Below, piece by piece: positions 42,290 to 57,632 of a stretch of DNA of 64,000 nt. Origin of the DNA: the human T2T-CHM13v2.0 reference genome, Homo sapiens. The notes below the pieces were generated by a model. The model did not search any database and was not told where the DNA came from. It saw nothing but the letters and a program-made list of their open reading frames with translations. The stretch is from the NCBI RefSeq assembly GCF_009914755.1, contig NC_060928.1. One strand, given 5' to 3'. Each line of letters opens with the position of its first letter. Position 1 is the stretch's first letter. The translations under genes were made by a program, and so were the position numbers.

Positions 42290-43350
42290 ATGTCCACCCT
42301 CTCGGGGCGTCCCTTCTCTTCTCTCCTCCTTGGGCAGGGAGACCTTCGGGGTGCAAACTGGCTGGGGCGGGGAGGAGGTGCAGGGCCTGGCCGGAGCGGG
42401 CCTGGCCACGGGCAGGGGACAGCGACCACCTGGGCCGGGGCAGGTGAGCGCGGAACAGGCCCCGGCCCGGCGTGTCCGCGGTGCGCGCGAGCGGCCAGCA
42501 GAGGGCGCCAGAGAGCCAGGAGCGGCCGGCGGAGGAGCCCGCGCCGACCCCGTTGCCCAGCTCCGCGCCGCGCGGACCCAACGAGCTCGCGCTCAGACGC
42601 CCCAGCTCCGCCCAGAGGCCGCTCGCGCCGGGTCCTTCCTCTAACCCAAGTGCAGGCAGAGCCCCCGGAGCCATGGCCAGCCCTTCCGGCAGCTCCAAAG
42701 CCACAGGCAAGCCCCGAGGCTGGGATGGCCGGCCCAGGAGGGAGGAGGACGACGTACCTCCCGAGGAGAAGAGGCTGCGGCTGGGGCTGGAAGGGGGAAG
42801 CGCACAGCCCGAGGACTGCGAGGACGGGGAGGACGCGCCGCGGCCAGGCAGGGAGGAGACCGGCACCCAGACAGGTGGCGACGGCAGAGGAGTAAGTGAC
42901 GCGGGCGTGGGCGTCCGGGGGTGCGCGGTAGGGGCGGCGGGAGGCTCAGTGGCCGGCCCCGGGTTGAAGTTGGTAACTGAGCGGCAACTCCGGCGGGCGC
43001 GGAGTTACAGCTCGTGACGGCCTCCGAGACGCCAGCTGCCCCTTCTCGGATGTGTGGCTTCGACTTCCTGATTCTCCCACGACGTCCCTGGCTGGGAGAC
43101 CCGCTGGACTCTGCGGCTGGCCAAAAGGGGAAGGGGAGCCCCGCGTCCTGGGGGCCCCCAGCAGGGGAAGGGGGGGGTCGCGCTGGGCATCCTGTCTGGG
43201 GCATCTGTCTGGGACTCTGTCGGTGCCTCTCACCTGGCGAGGGGCTTGTGGTGGGGGTAGGCGGGAAGTCCTTGGCGCCGGGCTTGGCCAAGCCCTGCTC
43301 TGCTGGGCTGCGGGCTGGTGGCGCTCACCCAGCTCCTCACCTGCCCCGCG
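42290..43350. promoter_or_regulatory. CpG island / probable promoter
   Basis: Dense CpG; GC boxes GGGGCGGGG (42365) and GGGGCGG (42931). Confidence 0.85.
42673..42891 (+). CDS. Candidate first coding exon (73 codons) MASPSGSSKATGKPRG...PPEEKRLRL...ETGTQTGGDGRG
   Basis: Strong Kozak GGAGCCATGG; open 219 nt; consensus donor GA/GTAAGT in phase 0; lies inside the CpG island; downstream exons not identified. Confidence 0.5.
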
Positions 43351-44289
43351 TCCTCCTGTTTTTCTTCCTTTTCTGGTTGGACAACGAGAGTTGAGAGGAG
43401 GCAGATGGCTTCCATCCCAGAAATCGCTCTCCTCTTTCCATCCCTACAGAGAGGGACAGAGAGGCAAAGTTCCTTGCATCCCCTGGGGCGCTGTCCCTGT
43501 GAGCTCCCGGTGTCCTGCACACGTGGGCCCCTGAGTCACCGGGCCTGTGTGTGTGCGATGGGGCTCCGTGGCCAGCCTGGCCTCCTGGGGTTCACTTTCT
43601 GCTTTCCTACCCCAACTCTTCCTGTGTGGCTTTGCTGGCCTTCCATTGGGGAGGCACATGGGTTTGGAGGGCAGATGAGGGCCCGCTGGAGAGCTGTACC
43701 CCTCAGTGAGGGCCGCCACCTTGATGGTTTTTGATGGATAATGGGGTTGACCTCTTTGTTCCTTCCACATGTTTTTATGTTTGACCATTTAGTCAGCTGA
43801 GCTTGTCTTAATCATTTGATTCGTGGTGAATGAGCCCCACATGGGCGAGAGGGCGACCTTCATTCTGAACCCATTTAGGCAGCACGGGCAGCCCTCCTCG
43901 CCGTGGGCTGCATCAGAGCCCCCTGCCCAGTCTTGGGGTTGCTCCCGGATGCTGTCTGGGAGGCTTGCTCATGGTGACATCCTCATCTCCCCATGCACTT
44001 TACTGCATTCAGAGCTTGGGTCACCTGGACACTGAACTCAGGTGAATTTTCTCTGAGATCCCGGGAGAAGGAGGACAGTTCTCTGGAAGGTTTTCCACGG
44101 CCGATCACGGAAAGGGTGAGAAAGGAGAGGTCCTGGTCGGCGACACAATTACGGTGGCAGTGTAACGCCAGGAAACTTTATTGCGTGAAGTCCCTCTCAC
44201 TCCCTCTCCCTCCCTCTTTTACGTGGACTCTGCCAAAGACCAGGATACCAGAATGCAGTGGAGTGACCAAGTGTAGTGGGACCTTGGGA

Positions 44290-44520
44290 ACACGAGTCTG
44301 GAGCCAGGCGGCTGGGGTTTGCATCCTGGTTCTGCCCCTCCTTAGCTGGCTGGCATGGCACAAGCCACTTACCCTCTCTGAGCCTTACTGTCTTCAGTGG
44401 CAAATGGATCTGTCAACAGGCCCCATTGCCTGGGGTTGTTACTGCTGAGATTAAGGGAAGCTCGTCCATAGAAGCACTTAGCGTTGTGCCTGACACATAG
44501 TGTTTGGTGGATAAATGGGA
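44290..44520 (+). mobile_element. MIR
   Basis: TCTGGAGCCAGG...CTCTCTGAGCCT...AAGCACTTAGC. Confidence 0.75.
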
Positions 44521-44600
44521 CTTAGGACTGAAACTCATGCATTGGTGTGTTTTTGCAGTGACGTTTTGTTCTGGAGTGCATCACAAGAGAAAAGATTCTT

Positions 44601-44892
44601 GGCCGGACGTGGTGGCTCAAGCCAATAATCCCAGCACTTTGAGAGGCCGAAGGCAGGGGATTGTTTGAGCCCAGGAGTTTAAGACTAGCCTGGGCAACGT
44701 GGCGAAGCCTCATATCTACCAAAAGAAAAAAAAAAAAGCCACGTATTGTGGTGTGTGCCTGTAGTCCCAAGTACTTGGGAGGCTGAGGTGGGAGGATTGC
44801 TAGAGCCTGGAAGGTCGGGCTGCAGTGTGCTGTGGTCATGCCACTGCACTCCAGCCTGGGTGACAAAGTGAGACCCTGTTTCAAGGTAAAAA
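44601..44892 (+). mobile_element. AluJ-like
   Basis: Alu consensus. Confidence 0.9.
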
Positions 44893-46197
44893 GAGAGAGA
44901 GAGAGACAGACCCACAAGAGTCTTAAGCCAGAATCTCCATTAAAATGCTTTCTGGAGGCTAGAAGGATGGTATGTTGATAATGAAATATTTAAAAGGCAG
45001 AAACCCCACTGAATTGTTTGGTCCACAGAGGGAAATGGGAATCGCATGACCTGAAGGATGATGCAGGAACTGAACAGAAACCATCCTTGTTTCCTGAATC
45101 TGAATATGGCACCATCTTTTCACGGTGCCTGTATCTGCTCAGTCCAGCGGCCCCTCGAAAAGAGGGAGTCTTGATTTTCAAACTTAAAATTTGGCCCAAA
45201 GCTCACTGCTGCCCACAATGCCCGCCAGACACATTCCTCTTCCCTTTTAGTTTCTATGGGAATACTCTCTTTGAAGAACCCATGAAGCAGTGTCAGGCTG
45301 GTTAGAGGATCAGCAGCGATTTGTTTGAGCAGGAGAGCCCATTTCTTCACTCACAGGCCATATCTGAGTGGATCAAGAAGAACAGAGTGCACTTTTATGA
45401 GATTTTGTCTGCGTAGACCATTAGCTTGGTAAAAATGTCAAAACCATCCTCGTTCTTTAATAGCAGATTATTTTGGACTTTTCTCTGCAAGAAGCAGTAT
45501 GGGCATTCAGATGCTTTTAAGGATAAAATGTTCTTCCTCATCACCAGGCCTGGTGCTCTGGATGGCTGAGGTTTTAATGTGACTTGGTGTTCCTTGGAGT
45601 GGCTCCTAGGCTGTGCTCTTGTGGTTGGGTGGCAAGGGGTTGCTTTATTCGGTGGTGGCTAGAGGACATTTTAGCAGGTAAATCGGGCCCCCAGGAGCCC
45701 CTGAGTGCCAAGTCCTGCTGCAGGGCATGTGTTTATGGTGGGGATGTGGGGGGGTGCAGGGTAGGGGGCATTGATTTCCTGCCAATATCAGAAGTTTCAC
45801 AGGCTTCTTGTGTATCCACAAACACCCACCCCATTGAGAAGGCCTAGAAAACCTGGCCCTCCCCAAGCCTTTATTGACTGCTTGTGAGTGATCCCAGGGT
45901 GTGTCTGACCCACAGCTCCTCCTGGAGGGAGAGAAAAGTCTCTCCTAGGTATTTGGTTATCAACCTCAACCACTTGCTGAGCCTTCCTCAAGACCAGGCA
46001 CCTTGGCAGAGATTTCTGGGTTGTCAGGCGGAACCGAGCATTCAAGGGTAATTCATTGGTGTCCCTGAAATCCCTGATGGACGCACCAGGTAAAAGCATC
46101 CAGGGTTGAAACCAGATCAGGAAGGTTATTGTCAGCCTGGGGCTCCTGTAGAGGTGCATCCACGTTGCAGGGATTTTCCTTCTTGCTGAGGAGAAAC

Positions 46198-46430
46198 CTG
46201 GGTTTCTCAGCTTTGGCACAGTCACAACACTTGGGGTCAGACCATTCGTGGTGCTGGTGGTGGGGCCATCCCGTGTATTGTAGGATGGTTAGCAGCATCT
46301 CTGGTCTCCATCCTCTAGGTGCCATTCTACCCTCCCAGCTATGGCTACCCCAGATGTCTCCAGACGGTTTCAAATGCCATGGAGCAAGGGAGTCGTATGT
46401 GAGCAAAACCACCCCAGTTGAGAGCCATTG
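46198..46430 (+). mobile_element. MER20 DNA transposon
   Basis: TGTAGGATGGTTAGCAGCATCTCTGG...AGATGTCTCCAGAC...CCCAGTTGAGAGCCATTG. Confidence 0.8.
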
Positions 46431-46585
46431 GTCTACACTTGTGGAAATGTTTGAGGGTAAGAGTGTTGAGCTTGGGTCCCTGCTGTACCCTTTATGAGCA
46501 ATGCTTTCTTGGAAAATTACTACTACTCCAGGGGCCTCAGTTTTCTCATCTATAAAATGGAGATAAATGAGATACACTTTCATAG

Positions 46586-46952
<367 letters not shown>

Positions 46953-48287
46953 GGGCATAGCATTGTAACACAGACAAAGCACAAAATACTTGGGCAATAT
47001 CTTTTTACATTTGGCTTGTCTAGACTGCATCCTCCATCCCCTCATGCGCTGGTACAGTGCAGACCAGAATATCGCCCACCTAGACTGCAGAGTGGATTTG
47101 GGTGGCATCTTGGCTTTCTGCACAAGACTTGCCTGTTCCCCACCACATCCCCCTGGTTCTCAGGGTCCAGGATTCCAGGAGTCTGGGATGTGGTCAGGCA
47201 GGGCAGGTGGCCCACCCAGTTCACTCCCACACTGGGGACCTGCAGAGCCGGCTGTCTGAGACAGGGTGTTTGGACCAACATCTGGGTTTCTGGATTTCCA
47301 TTTGAGCACAGCTGGACTACACAGCTCTCTCTGCCGAGATATAGATATTTCCCTGTCGACAATGTTTCAAGCTGACATGAAGACATGGCCACCCACTGGA
47401 ACGTGGTGTGTCTGCTGTGGCGCTCTTGTAATTTGTGAGGCAGGCTCCTGAGGAATGCAGTGAGTAAGTGGGAAATGGCGGGAAGTTCTCCCATTCCCCC
47501 CCGCCCCTCCAAAAGTGCTGCTTGCGCAGGTTGGTGGACGGTCCTCTGAGCAGGAAGAAGACAAGGAGCACATTCCTGTTAGCTACCACAGAGAGGGGGA
47601 GGGTACGCACTGGACATTTCAAACCCCTGCAGAGAAGCAAGTCTTACTGTGCTGGGAGTACTTGTGGAGTGCGGGCTGTGTTGCCCTGGGCTTTAATTAT
47701 TTCAGGAACATTTAACCACTGGGCTGGCCGGCTGGATCTTGATATGTGTTTCTCAGTTGGAAAGACTTTGGTCCATAGGGAAATGTCTTCTCAATTCTTT
47801 TAATTTCATTAAGGTGGTTATTTTTCTTCTTGTGGCCTCTGGAATGTGACACAGAACTCAAGGGACAGGAAGGAGATGAGTTGGAGGCTGGGTCAGGGGT
47901 CCCTGCCAGGGATGCTGGTGACTCACGTGACGGTGTTGATGTGTGGAGTCCGGTGCCTGGTTTGGGGAATGTTCGTGGGATATGTTCCACAGCACTGACG
48001 GATCTATCAGGTACTGGAGGTGAATGGTCAAGTCTGATCTCAGGGCTGACAGTGTCAGGCAAGGACAGGAAGTTGACATTGGACTCATTGGCTGAGGTTG
48101 CTGGGGACCCAGGGGGCAATGTGTGCCAGGACAGATGGGTCTGGGGCTAGGAAGGCAGGTTTGGGCTGGAGACTCGATCTTGGGAGGCATCCCATTAGAC
48201 AGTGGTTGAGGCTGTCAAAATGACTGTGATTGCCTGGGATGAGAGTGGAGACAGACAGGATGGGGGTTTTGCTCTAAGCCTGGGGAA

Positions 48288-48500
48288 CCCACCTCCCAGG
48301 TTCAAGCAATTCTCCTGCCTCAGCCTCCCAAGTAGCTGGGAATGCAGGTGCGTGCCACCATGCCCTACTAACTTTCGTATTTTTAGTAGAGATGAGGTTT
48401 GGCCAGGCTGGTCTCAAACTCCTGACCTCAAGTGATCGGCCCACCTTGGCCTCCCAAAGTGCTGGGATTACAGGCATAAGCCACCATACCATGCCTGACC
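48288..48500 (-). mobile_element. Alu, partial
   Basis: Reverse Alu lacking its 3' end. Confidence 0.88.
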
Positions 48501-48674
48501 ATTTTTAAATATTAATTTTTATGAAATATTTTCAAACACATTTTACTGTACATTGGAAAAGTCAATCATGATTTCAAAACTTTATCAAAATCCAATCAGA
48601 AGTCAATTAACCATTTAATTGTGGATAGGTAAGGAGACTATTTTGACCAAATATGTTAGAACAATTACCACTTA

Positions 48675-49035
<361 letters not shown>

Positions 49036-49099
49036 TGGAATTCTGAATTTTATTTTTAATAATTATTTTTGTAAAGAGAATGTCTTGTTTTTTGGAGTT

Positions 49100-49930
49100 G
49101 TTGAATTTATTGAATTGACAAAAATTATGTACAAGAGGGTGTACAACATGATGTGATTGAAGTATGTATACATTACGAAATGGCTAAATCAAGCTAAATA
49201 ACATATCACCTCCCAGACTTATTTTTTTGTGGTGAGAACACTTTAAAAATCTACTCTCTCAGTGATTTCCAAGTGTATGATATGTTGTTATTAACTGTAG
49301 GTAACATGTTGTCCCATGGATCTCCTGAACTTAGTCTTCTTCTCTAAAAATGACATTCTGTGTCCTTTGGCATCTGCCCACTTCCCCACCCTGGCAACCA
49401 TCATGCTACTCTGCTTCTGTGAATTCAACTTTTTTCTTTTCTTTTTCTTTTTCTTTCTTTCTTTTTTTTTTTTTTTGAGACAGTCTCATTCTGTTGCCCA
49501 GGCTGTAGTGCAGGGGTATGATCTTGGCTCACTGCAGCCTTGACCTCCCAAGCTCAATCAATCCTTCCACCTCGGCCTCCTGAGTATCTGGGATACAGGC
49601 ATGCACCACCACGCTCCACTGATTTTTGTATTTTTATGTAGAGATGGGGTCTTGCTATGTTATGCAGGCTGGTCTCGAACTCCTGGGCTCAAGCAATCTG
49701 CCGGCCTCAGCCTCCCAAAGCGCTGGGATTGCAGGCATGAGCCACCATGCCTGGCCGAGTTCAACTTTTTAAGATTCCACATATAAGTGAGATCATGTGG
49801 TATTTGTCGTTCTGTGCTTGGCTTATTTCACTTAACATAATATCCTCCAGGCTCATCCATGTGGTCTCAAATGGCAGGATTTCCTTCGTTTTGAAGGCTG
49901 AATAGTATTCCATTGTGTACATACACCACA
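49100..49930 (-). mobile_element. L1MA-like 3' end split by an AluJ (49430-49756)
   Basis: TTCCACATATAAGTGAGATCATG and GGCTGAATAGTATTCCATTGTGTA. Confidence 0.85.
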
Positions 49931-50324
49931 TTGTTGCTGGAAGTGTAATGGAGGCCAGTTTGGGGAGGAGGGGGAAAAGATTCACTCTAAGTCTAGATGC
50001 TCCAGCACCCACCCAGGATGTGTGCAAGGAAGTGCAGGATGCTCCTGATTTTGCAAACTGTGGTTTGTGGGACTCCAAAGCCCCTATCCTTCCACGATGC
50101 TTTCTGTCTTGTTATCACATTTCCTTGGAGGAGAACCCTGCTCTGGCTTTGTCCCTGGGCATGAGATGGCAAAGGATGGTGCTGCTGGGAGACCCTCACG
50201 TCTGCACACTAAGGGCTGCTTTCCTTCTCCATTCCTCCTTCAAGTATCTGAGCAGCTCCTGTGTGCCAGCTGCTGGTCTAGGAGATGGATGGGTCCTTGG
50301 AGATCACGCTGTAGCAGAGGAGGC

Positions 50325-50545
50325 AGGCTGTAGCCCACAGGCCAGAACCAGCCCCCTGCCTGTTTATACAAATAAAGTTTTATTGGAACACAGCCACACC
50401 CATTTCAGTGCATATTGTCTGTGGCTGCTTTCCTGCTACAGTGGAGAGTTGAATAGTTGGGACAGAGACCCATGGCCTGCAAAGCTGAGCTATTTACCAT
50501 CTGGCCCTCAAGAGAAAGGAAAAAAAATGCTGATCCTTGTACCCT
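50325..50545 (+). mobile_element. MER58A DNA transposon
   Basis: AATAAAGTTTTATTGGAACACAGCCAC...TATTTACCATCTGGCCCT. Confidence 0.85.
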
Positions 50546-51078
50546 GACAGTCTTAGTTTAAGAGGACTTTGTACCACCCTGACGTCCCAGGCGGCCATGA
50601 GTCCAGCTGCCCTTGAAATGTACATAAGTCTGGGCTAGGGTTTCAGCAGGTGAGTCCCAGTTTTGCAGGTCTTTGGCATCAGGGGCACAACCCAGGATTT
50701 TGAGTGGGGTTTCCTCACCACTATGGCTGGGCACTGGGCTAGCGTGCTTTCTGATTTTTGTATGGGGAAGAGAAAGGAGGGAGGAAATGGCCACTTGTTG
50801 CCCTGTTCTAACATTTTCCTAAGATGGGTCTCCAGGCAAGGGCTTGGGATCTCACCTTGCACAGCTTACAAAACCCAGTGAGGCCAGCTGTCTTGGCGCT
50901 GCCACTCTGAGGGATGGAGACCCCAACTTACCAGGAAGGGAGATAAAAGAATGGTTTCTGCAAGCACGAGAACGGGCGTTATTGAAATTAACATTTCCCC
51001 CAAGTTTTATAAAGTCTAGGCATGCATATTTAAGTGTCTGTCTCAAAAGTTCATGCTAATAACCAGATGGTGCATTTA

Positions 51079-51795
<717 letters not shown>

Positions 51796-52415
51796 TCAGA
51801 ACAAGAGGAGGAGGGAAGAGAAGGGAGCTGTGGGGCAGCAGCCAGGACCTTAAAAGCACAGAAGAGGCAGCTTGGATTTCCAATTCCAAAGGACATGAAG
51901 ACAAAGTCACACACCTTTATTTAACCTGCTCCAGGTGAGGCTGGGCTTTGTGTATTTTCCTTATCTTGATTTTCCTTGTGTTCAGGCTGTTGTAGAAACA
52001 GGTACACAGGGGCTTTGTGTAGCGCCGTGTTCTGGGGGCCTTCAGGAAGCATGGGCTGCCCTGATTTCCTTGGCTTTGTGTCCCCCTTTCCTCCTGCCAC
52101 CCCTGACTGTGCACCCCACCTTATCCCTCAGACCATCCTCCTGGAGGGGCTTGGCCAGGTCTTGTGTCCTTGCTAGTCTCTGGGGAGGAAGACTCTGTGG
52201 CTTGAAAGCCTGTCGGCTTAAGTTGCAAGGTATAGGTGCCTGGGAGGGCACGTGCACGGCCCTCTTGACTGATCCATTCATGTTTTTCTTTTTTGACTCT
52301 GTTCTATGTTGTCCTGATGGAAGGGTAAGTCCCTGCCTTCTTCCTTTCCTGCCTTGGACTCTTGCAATTGGGCCAGATGAGAGGGTCTATGTGGTCTGAG
52401 AATTCAAGCAATGCA

Positions 52416-52798
52416 GGCCAGGTGTGGTGGCTCACACCTGTAATCCCAGCACTTTTGGAGGCCAAGGCGGGTGGGTCAGGAGTTCGAGACCAGCTTGGCC
52501 AAAATAGTGAAACCGTGTCTCTACAAAAAATACAAAAGTTAGCCGTGCTTGGTGGTGCTTGCCTGTAATCCTAGTTATTTGGGAGGCTGAGGCAAGAGAA
52601 TCACTGGAACCCAGAAGGAACATGTTGCAGTGAGGAGCAGGTTGCAGTGAGGAGGTTGCAGTGAGGAGGAGGTTGCAGTGAGGAGGGGGTTGCAGTGAGG
52701 AGGAGGTTGCAGTGAGGAGGAGGTTGCAGTGAGCCGAGATTGTGTCCCCGGACTCCAGCCTGCACAATAGAGCAAGACTATTGTTCAAAAAAAAAAAA
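52416..52798 (+). mobile_element. Alu with internal 7-copy minisatellite
   Basis: GTTGCAGTGAG repeated 7 times at 52624-52733. Confidence 0.93.
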
Positions 52799-52908
52799 TT
52801 ATATAGAAAACAAAACACATAATTTCCTCTTGATTTGATTTTCTTGATCTTGCTTCTCAGAGGTAACACTGGGGAGGGTGGGGGTATACCTCTCCACACC
52901 TTTTTCTT

Positions 52909-53185
52909 TTATTTTTATTTTTTAAGTTCTGGGATACATGTGTAGAATGTGCAGGTTTGTTACATAGGTGTACATGTGCCATGGTGGTTTGCTGCACCTG
53001 TTAACCCGTCATCTAGGTTTTAAGCCCCGCATGCATTAGGTATTTGTCCTAACGCTCTCCCTCCCCTTGTCCCCCACCTCCGACGGGCCCTGGTATATGT
53101 TGTTCCCCTCCCTGTGTCCATGTGTTCTCATTATTCAACTCCCACTTATGAGTGAGAACACGCAGAGTTTGGTTTTCTGTTCCTG
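52909..53185 (-). mobile_element. 5'-truncated L1PA 3' end
   Basis: GTGCAGGTTTGTTACATAGG and CTCCCACTTATGAGTGAGAACA; 16-bp TSD TCCACACCTTTTTCTT (52893 and 53186). Confidence 0.93.
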
Positions 53186-54547
53186 TCCACACCTTTTTCT
53201 TCTGTGCACACAAGCACATGTATTTGCACATAAGTGTTTATTGTAACCTTTTTTAAAAAAATGGAATAATGCTATATTTATTCTTTGGAAAGCCTGCTTT
53301 TCAGGCAGCATGTCTTTGACATTGTCTCACGTTGGAACCTGGGAACCACCTTCTTCTCCCAGCAGTTATTCTGACGTGTGGATGCACCACGCTTCGTTTA
53401 ACCAGCCCTGCACCGATACGTCTTTGGATGGTTTCTGCCTTTTCCCAATCACAGACGGTGTTCTGATGAATTTCCTCGCACACATCACTTGGTGCTCTGT
53501 GCGTGCATTTCTGTGAGATGTTCCTGGAGGTGGGCTGTCTAGGTCAGAGGGGGATCTGCGCTTAATTTGCATCCTGTGCAAAATTCCATCCAGTCATCCT
53601 GCTTCCCAAGGGCTCACATGGTACTGTCCTCTGTAGACATCATCTTCTGCAGATGATGGCACGACCGCCTCTCTTTCTTTTACTCACACCAGTCTGCACC
53701 CTGGTGTCCTGGGGGGGTCCAGCCCCTACCCGCTTGTCTGCCCCCAGTCCCCACAGCCCCTGCTAACAGGGACTCTGTCTTCTGAGCTCTGGCAGACTGC
53801 TTCACTCTGGAGAAGTTTCCTTTCTCAAACATTCCTGGCAATGTTACTGTAAATCCCGAGGCCTGTGTTTGCCTTCTTCAGGCCTCAGTTTTCTCATAAG
53901 TAAAATGGGGATAATGTGATGCTACTGTCTGCATCCTAGAGCTGCCATGAGGGTTCAGTGAGATCACTGTTGAGAGCACGTTCACAGCGCTGGCCTTGTG
54001 CACAGTCAGCACATGTTGGGCAGGGCTGTTGCTGATACATGGTTGACTGTCATTGCTAGACTGTGGCTTTACCAGGGGCATTGTCTTTATTGCCGAGCCC
54101 AGAGCCACCCCTAGTACCTGCTGTGTTTATAGAGTGATTGAGTGGCGGGGTCAGAGACTGGGGCAATGGCAGCAGAAACAGAGGAAAGAAGTGGGGCTTC
54201 TAATAGGTCCTGAGCCAGTGGGCCTTGAGATGAAGCCTTCTTGCCAAGGTCTGGGGCTGTGCTGTGTGTTCTAGGCCCGAGACTGGAAGCTAGGCCTGGC
54301 TGCAGCTCCCGCTGAGCTGGGGAAGTGCAGGTCAGCATCCTGCTTCATTAGGACACCTCCAAGCCCAGCTTAGACGTGGATGCCAGGTGACCCCCTGTTT
54401 ACTCTGAGCCCAGACAGAGGACAGGGAAGTGTGCAAGGGTGGGGACCCCCATCACAGCCCTTGACTCTGTAAGGCATATGGGTTTGTGCACCTGTTTGAG
54501 CACGGCCGTGGCTTCTCTGAGTTTCAAGCTCGAGGTTGTGTTTATGC

Positions 54548-54735
54548 AGGGTTAGGCTTCCCAGGTAAAATACAAGAGGTCCAATTAAACCTGAATTTCT
54601 TATTAACCTTTTTTTTTTTTTTTTTTTTTTTTTGGTGCACATATATCCCATGAAATATTTGGGACCTGCTTACCCTAAAAAATGATTTGTTGTTTATCTG
54701 AAATTCAAGTTTAACTGGCATCCTGTCTTTTCACT
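54548..54735. mobile_element. MER53-like palindromic MITE
   Basis: TAAAATACAAGAGGTCCAATTAAACCTGAATTTC ... GAAATTCAAGTTTAACTGGCATCCTGT inverted arms. Confidence 0.75.
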
Positions 54736-55453
54736 TCCTACGTATGAGAGTTCCATGTGGGGGTTATCAGTGTGCATTTGTGAGTTCCCATGTGAAGGAC
54801 TGTCTCCAAGTGTCTGTAGGTGCCAGGATGGAGATGGACAGAGAAGATCCTCTCGGGCTGCTTTAGTGACACCTAGAGGCTGTGGGGTTGGACACTTCAG
54901 CCCCAGGGGCCTGGGCAGCACTGTCCAGCACCTGCCTGCTCCTGTCTTCTTCACGGGGGCTGACTTCCCTGCCATCTTTCTCCAAATACGGTGGCAAGAG
55001 CTATCCCATCCACCCCCATCTGGAGCTCAGCTGCCCAGCCAGACAAGATGGCAAACAGTGTGCAGATGGCTTCAAAGCTTTCCCCAGCTCCTTCTGCAAG
55101 GGGCCTGCAGATGAAATGGAAGCCCTCATCCTCACCGCCTCCCCCTTCCAGAAAACCCAGGCAACAGCCACCTCTGAATGCTGCTTTAGAAGCTTCTCCC
55201 TCCTGGTGATTAAACCACTCCAGACAAATAAAAAACTGCATTTCCACCATAGGTTTGTTCACATGCATGCAGCCAATTGTCTTGGATCCGCCTGTGTGCC
55301 TGATTCATCAGGGGGAGGGGTTCTCCTCTGAGGTGCTTGCAAAGAGCTGCTTGCAAAGAGCTGCTTAATTTTCATCTGAAAGACTCTCTGTAGAAACCAG
55401 GTCCAGCTTTGGAAGGAAGCCCTTTCTCCCCCTTTAGCAAATTCTGTGTCATT

Positions 55454-55758
<305 letters not shown>

Positions 55759-57632
55759 GGAATTCTGTGTCATTCTGGATACTTATCATGACTTCAAGCA
55801 TCCAGGACTCTGTCCTGGGTATCCTGAGCCTGAGGGTGTATGTGTGTCCAGCTGGCTTGGAGGTTGTCTACAGGCAGGTTGAACTTGGCCTCTGAGTCCA
55901 TGGCAGCCTCACATGGGAAATACCACCAAGGAGCCTCATGCTGCGCTTTTAGGAGATAGTTTCTATTTAGTCATTGCTGAATCTGTTACAGACAGGGTCT
56001 CAATTTCTTGCAAGTCCTGTATGAGGTGGGTGCTGTGATTATCCACATGTTCACTTGTTCTCTCTGGCCTCTTTCAGGCTCTTGCATTTCCTTTGCTGTT
56101 TTCCTGCCACAGGGCCTTTGCACATCCTGCTCTTTCTGCCTGAAAGATTTTCCCTCTCCCTACCTCTTCACCTGGTCACAGTCTCATCTGACAGTGGAGT
56201 CACTACATCCTCAGGGACGCCTGGCCACACTGAGTCAGTCACAGCAACCCCCTGTTATCTGCTTTCATGACACCAGGTGCCTCTCTGTGGTAGACACTAG
56301 CTCAGCTACGGCTTCCTATTTCTGAGCATGTCATCCTTCCCCTTCAAGACTGTGGTCACCATGAGGGCCAGAGCCATGCCTGTTCCTGATTCTCATTTGT
56401 GTCTCTCGTGTTTAGTATATGCTCACCTAGAGTTTGATTAATGAATGACAGCATACCCATTTTACGGATGAGAAAGTTGAGGCTCAGGAACATTATGTAA
56501 CTTGCTCAGTATTAGGTGGTGATGGTTTGAAGCCATCTGACTGGTCGCTGGGTGCACACTCTTAACCACTTCACTATGGTTCTTCTCTCATGGTAGCTCT
56601 CCAACAGCAGGAGTGAGAGACAACTTTAGGATAGGTGTAACCAGAATCTCAGGGCTTATCCTAGAAGGTGGTGTCAGGAACATGCTTGCCTATGGGCCTT
56701 CTTACTGTATTGCATAAAATACTCCGTTTTTCTGACTCGCCTTTAGTAAAGACCTTAGCAATATTTGAAGCACAGTTGTCAATAGGAAAGGGTTGGTGTT
56801 TACACTTTTTTAAAAAGGAGTCTATATCATATTTATCTTGTGGTCTGCCATGCCCCCCCGATCTTCTTCAGCTTCAGTTATGCAAAATTAACACTTCTTC
56901 TCTTGACAGCCTCTCTCTTACCTGTTCAGTTTCTTTTCTGTGTTCGAGATTGCTTAGAATTTTTCCCCATTACTACAGCCTGCTTCCCACCTGCATCCCC
57001 CACCCAGCTTGTTCTGGATTTTGTCAACAACAGTTCCAGCATTTAGTGAGGGCTGGATTGAAGGAAAACCTTGGAAAAGGATGTGTGATGAAAGATGAAG
57101 ACACCTAATGGGCAGGCAGTCATCAGGGTTAATTCAAAGGCTGGAAGAAGGGCTGACCTGGAGGACTGGAAATGTCTTTGAGCTGAAGGTCATGTGCAGG
57201 TGGAGTGAAGAGTGTGAGCCTTTTGGGGTGAACTGCAAGTATTTGATAAGATCCCTGTCCCCATGGTTGGGGAAGTCTTGATAAGCATCCTTAATGTGAT
57301 GCAGGGATTAAGGAACCCCTGGCTCTACCTGCCCAGCATGGCAGTAACATGACATGGCCAAATTATTAATTATTGGTTGTCCAGCTATCATCAGATCAAC
57401 ATCTTCTGTTAGTTATAGCTGTAATTTGCATTAGTTGTCAATGCCAGTTTTGACTTTCCTGGTCAATAAAGTGTTCTGAGAGTGGTGACTAAGGCTGAGC
57501 ACTACCCATTATCATGAGTATTACAGAGGCAAGCCCCCTTGCCCACCCACCTGCAGGTGATGAGACACCCTAGGGAAATCACTCAGTTCTTTGAAGGACC
57601 CTGCATAAATGCTCAAGTTCATCTGTTCTTCT

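Noticed and set aside
42138-43291. Long overlapping ORFs (242, 201 and 216 aa)
   Set aside because: Expected stop-codon scarcity in a GC-rich island; only 42673-42891 has Kozak plus splice-donor support
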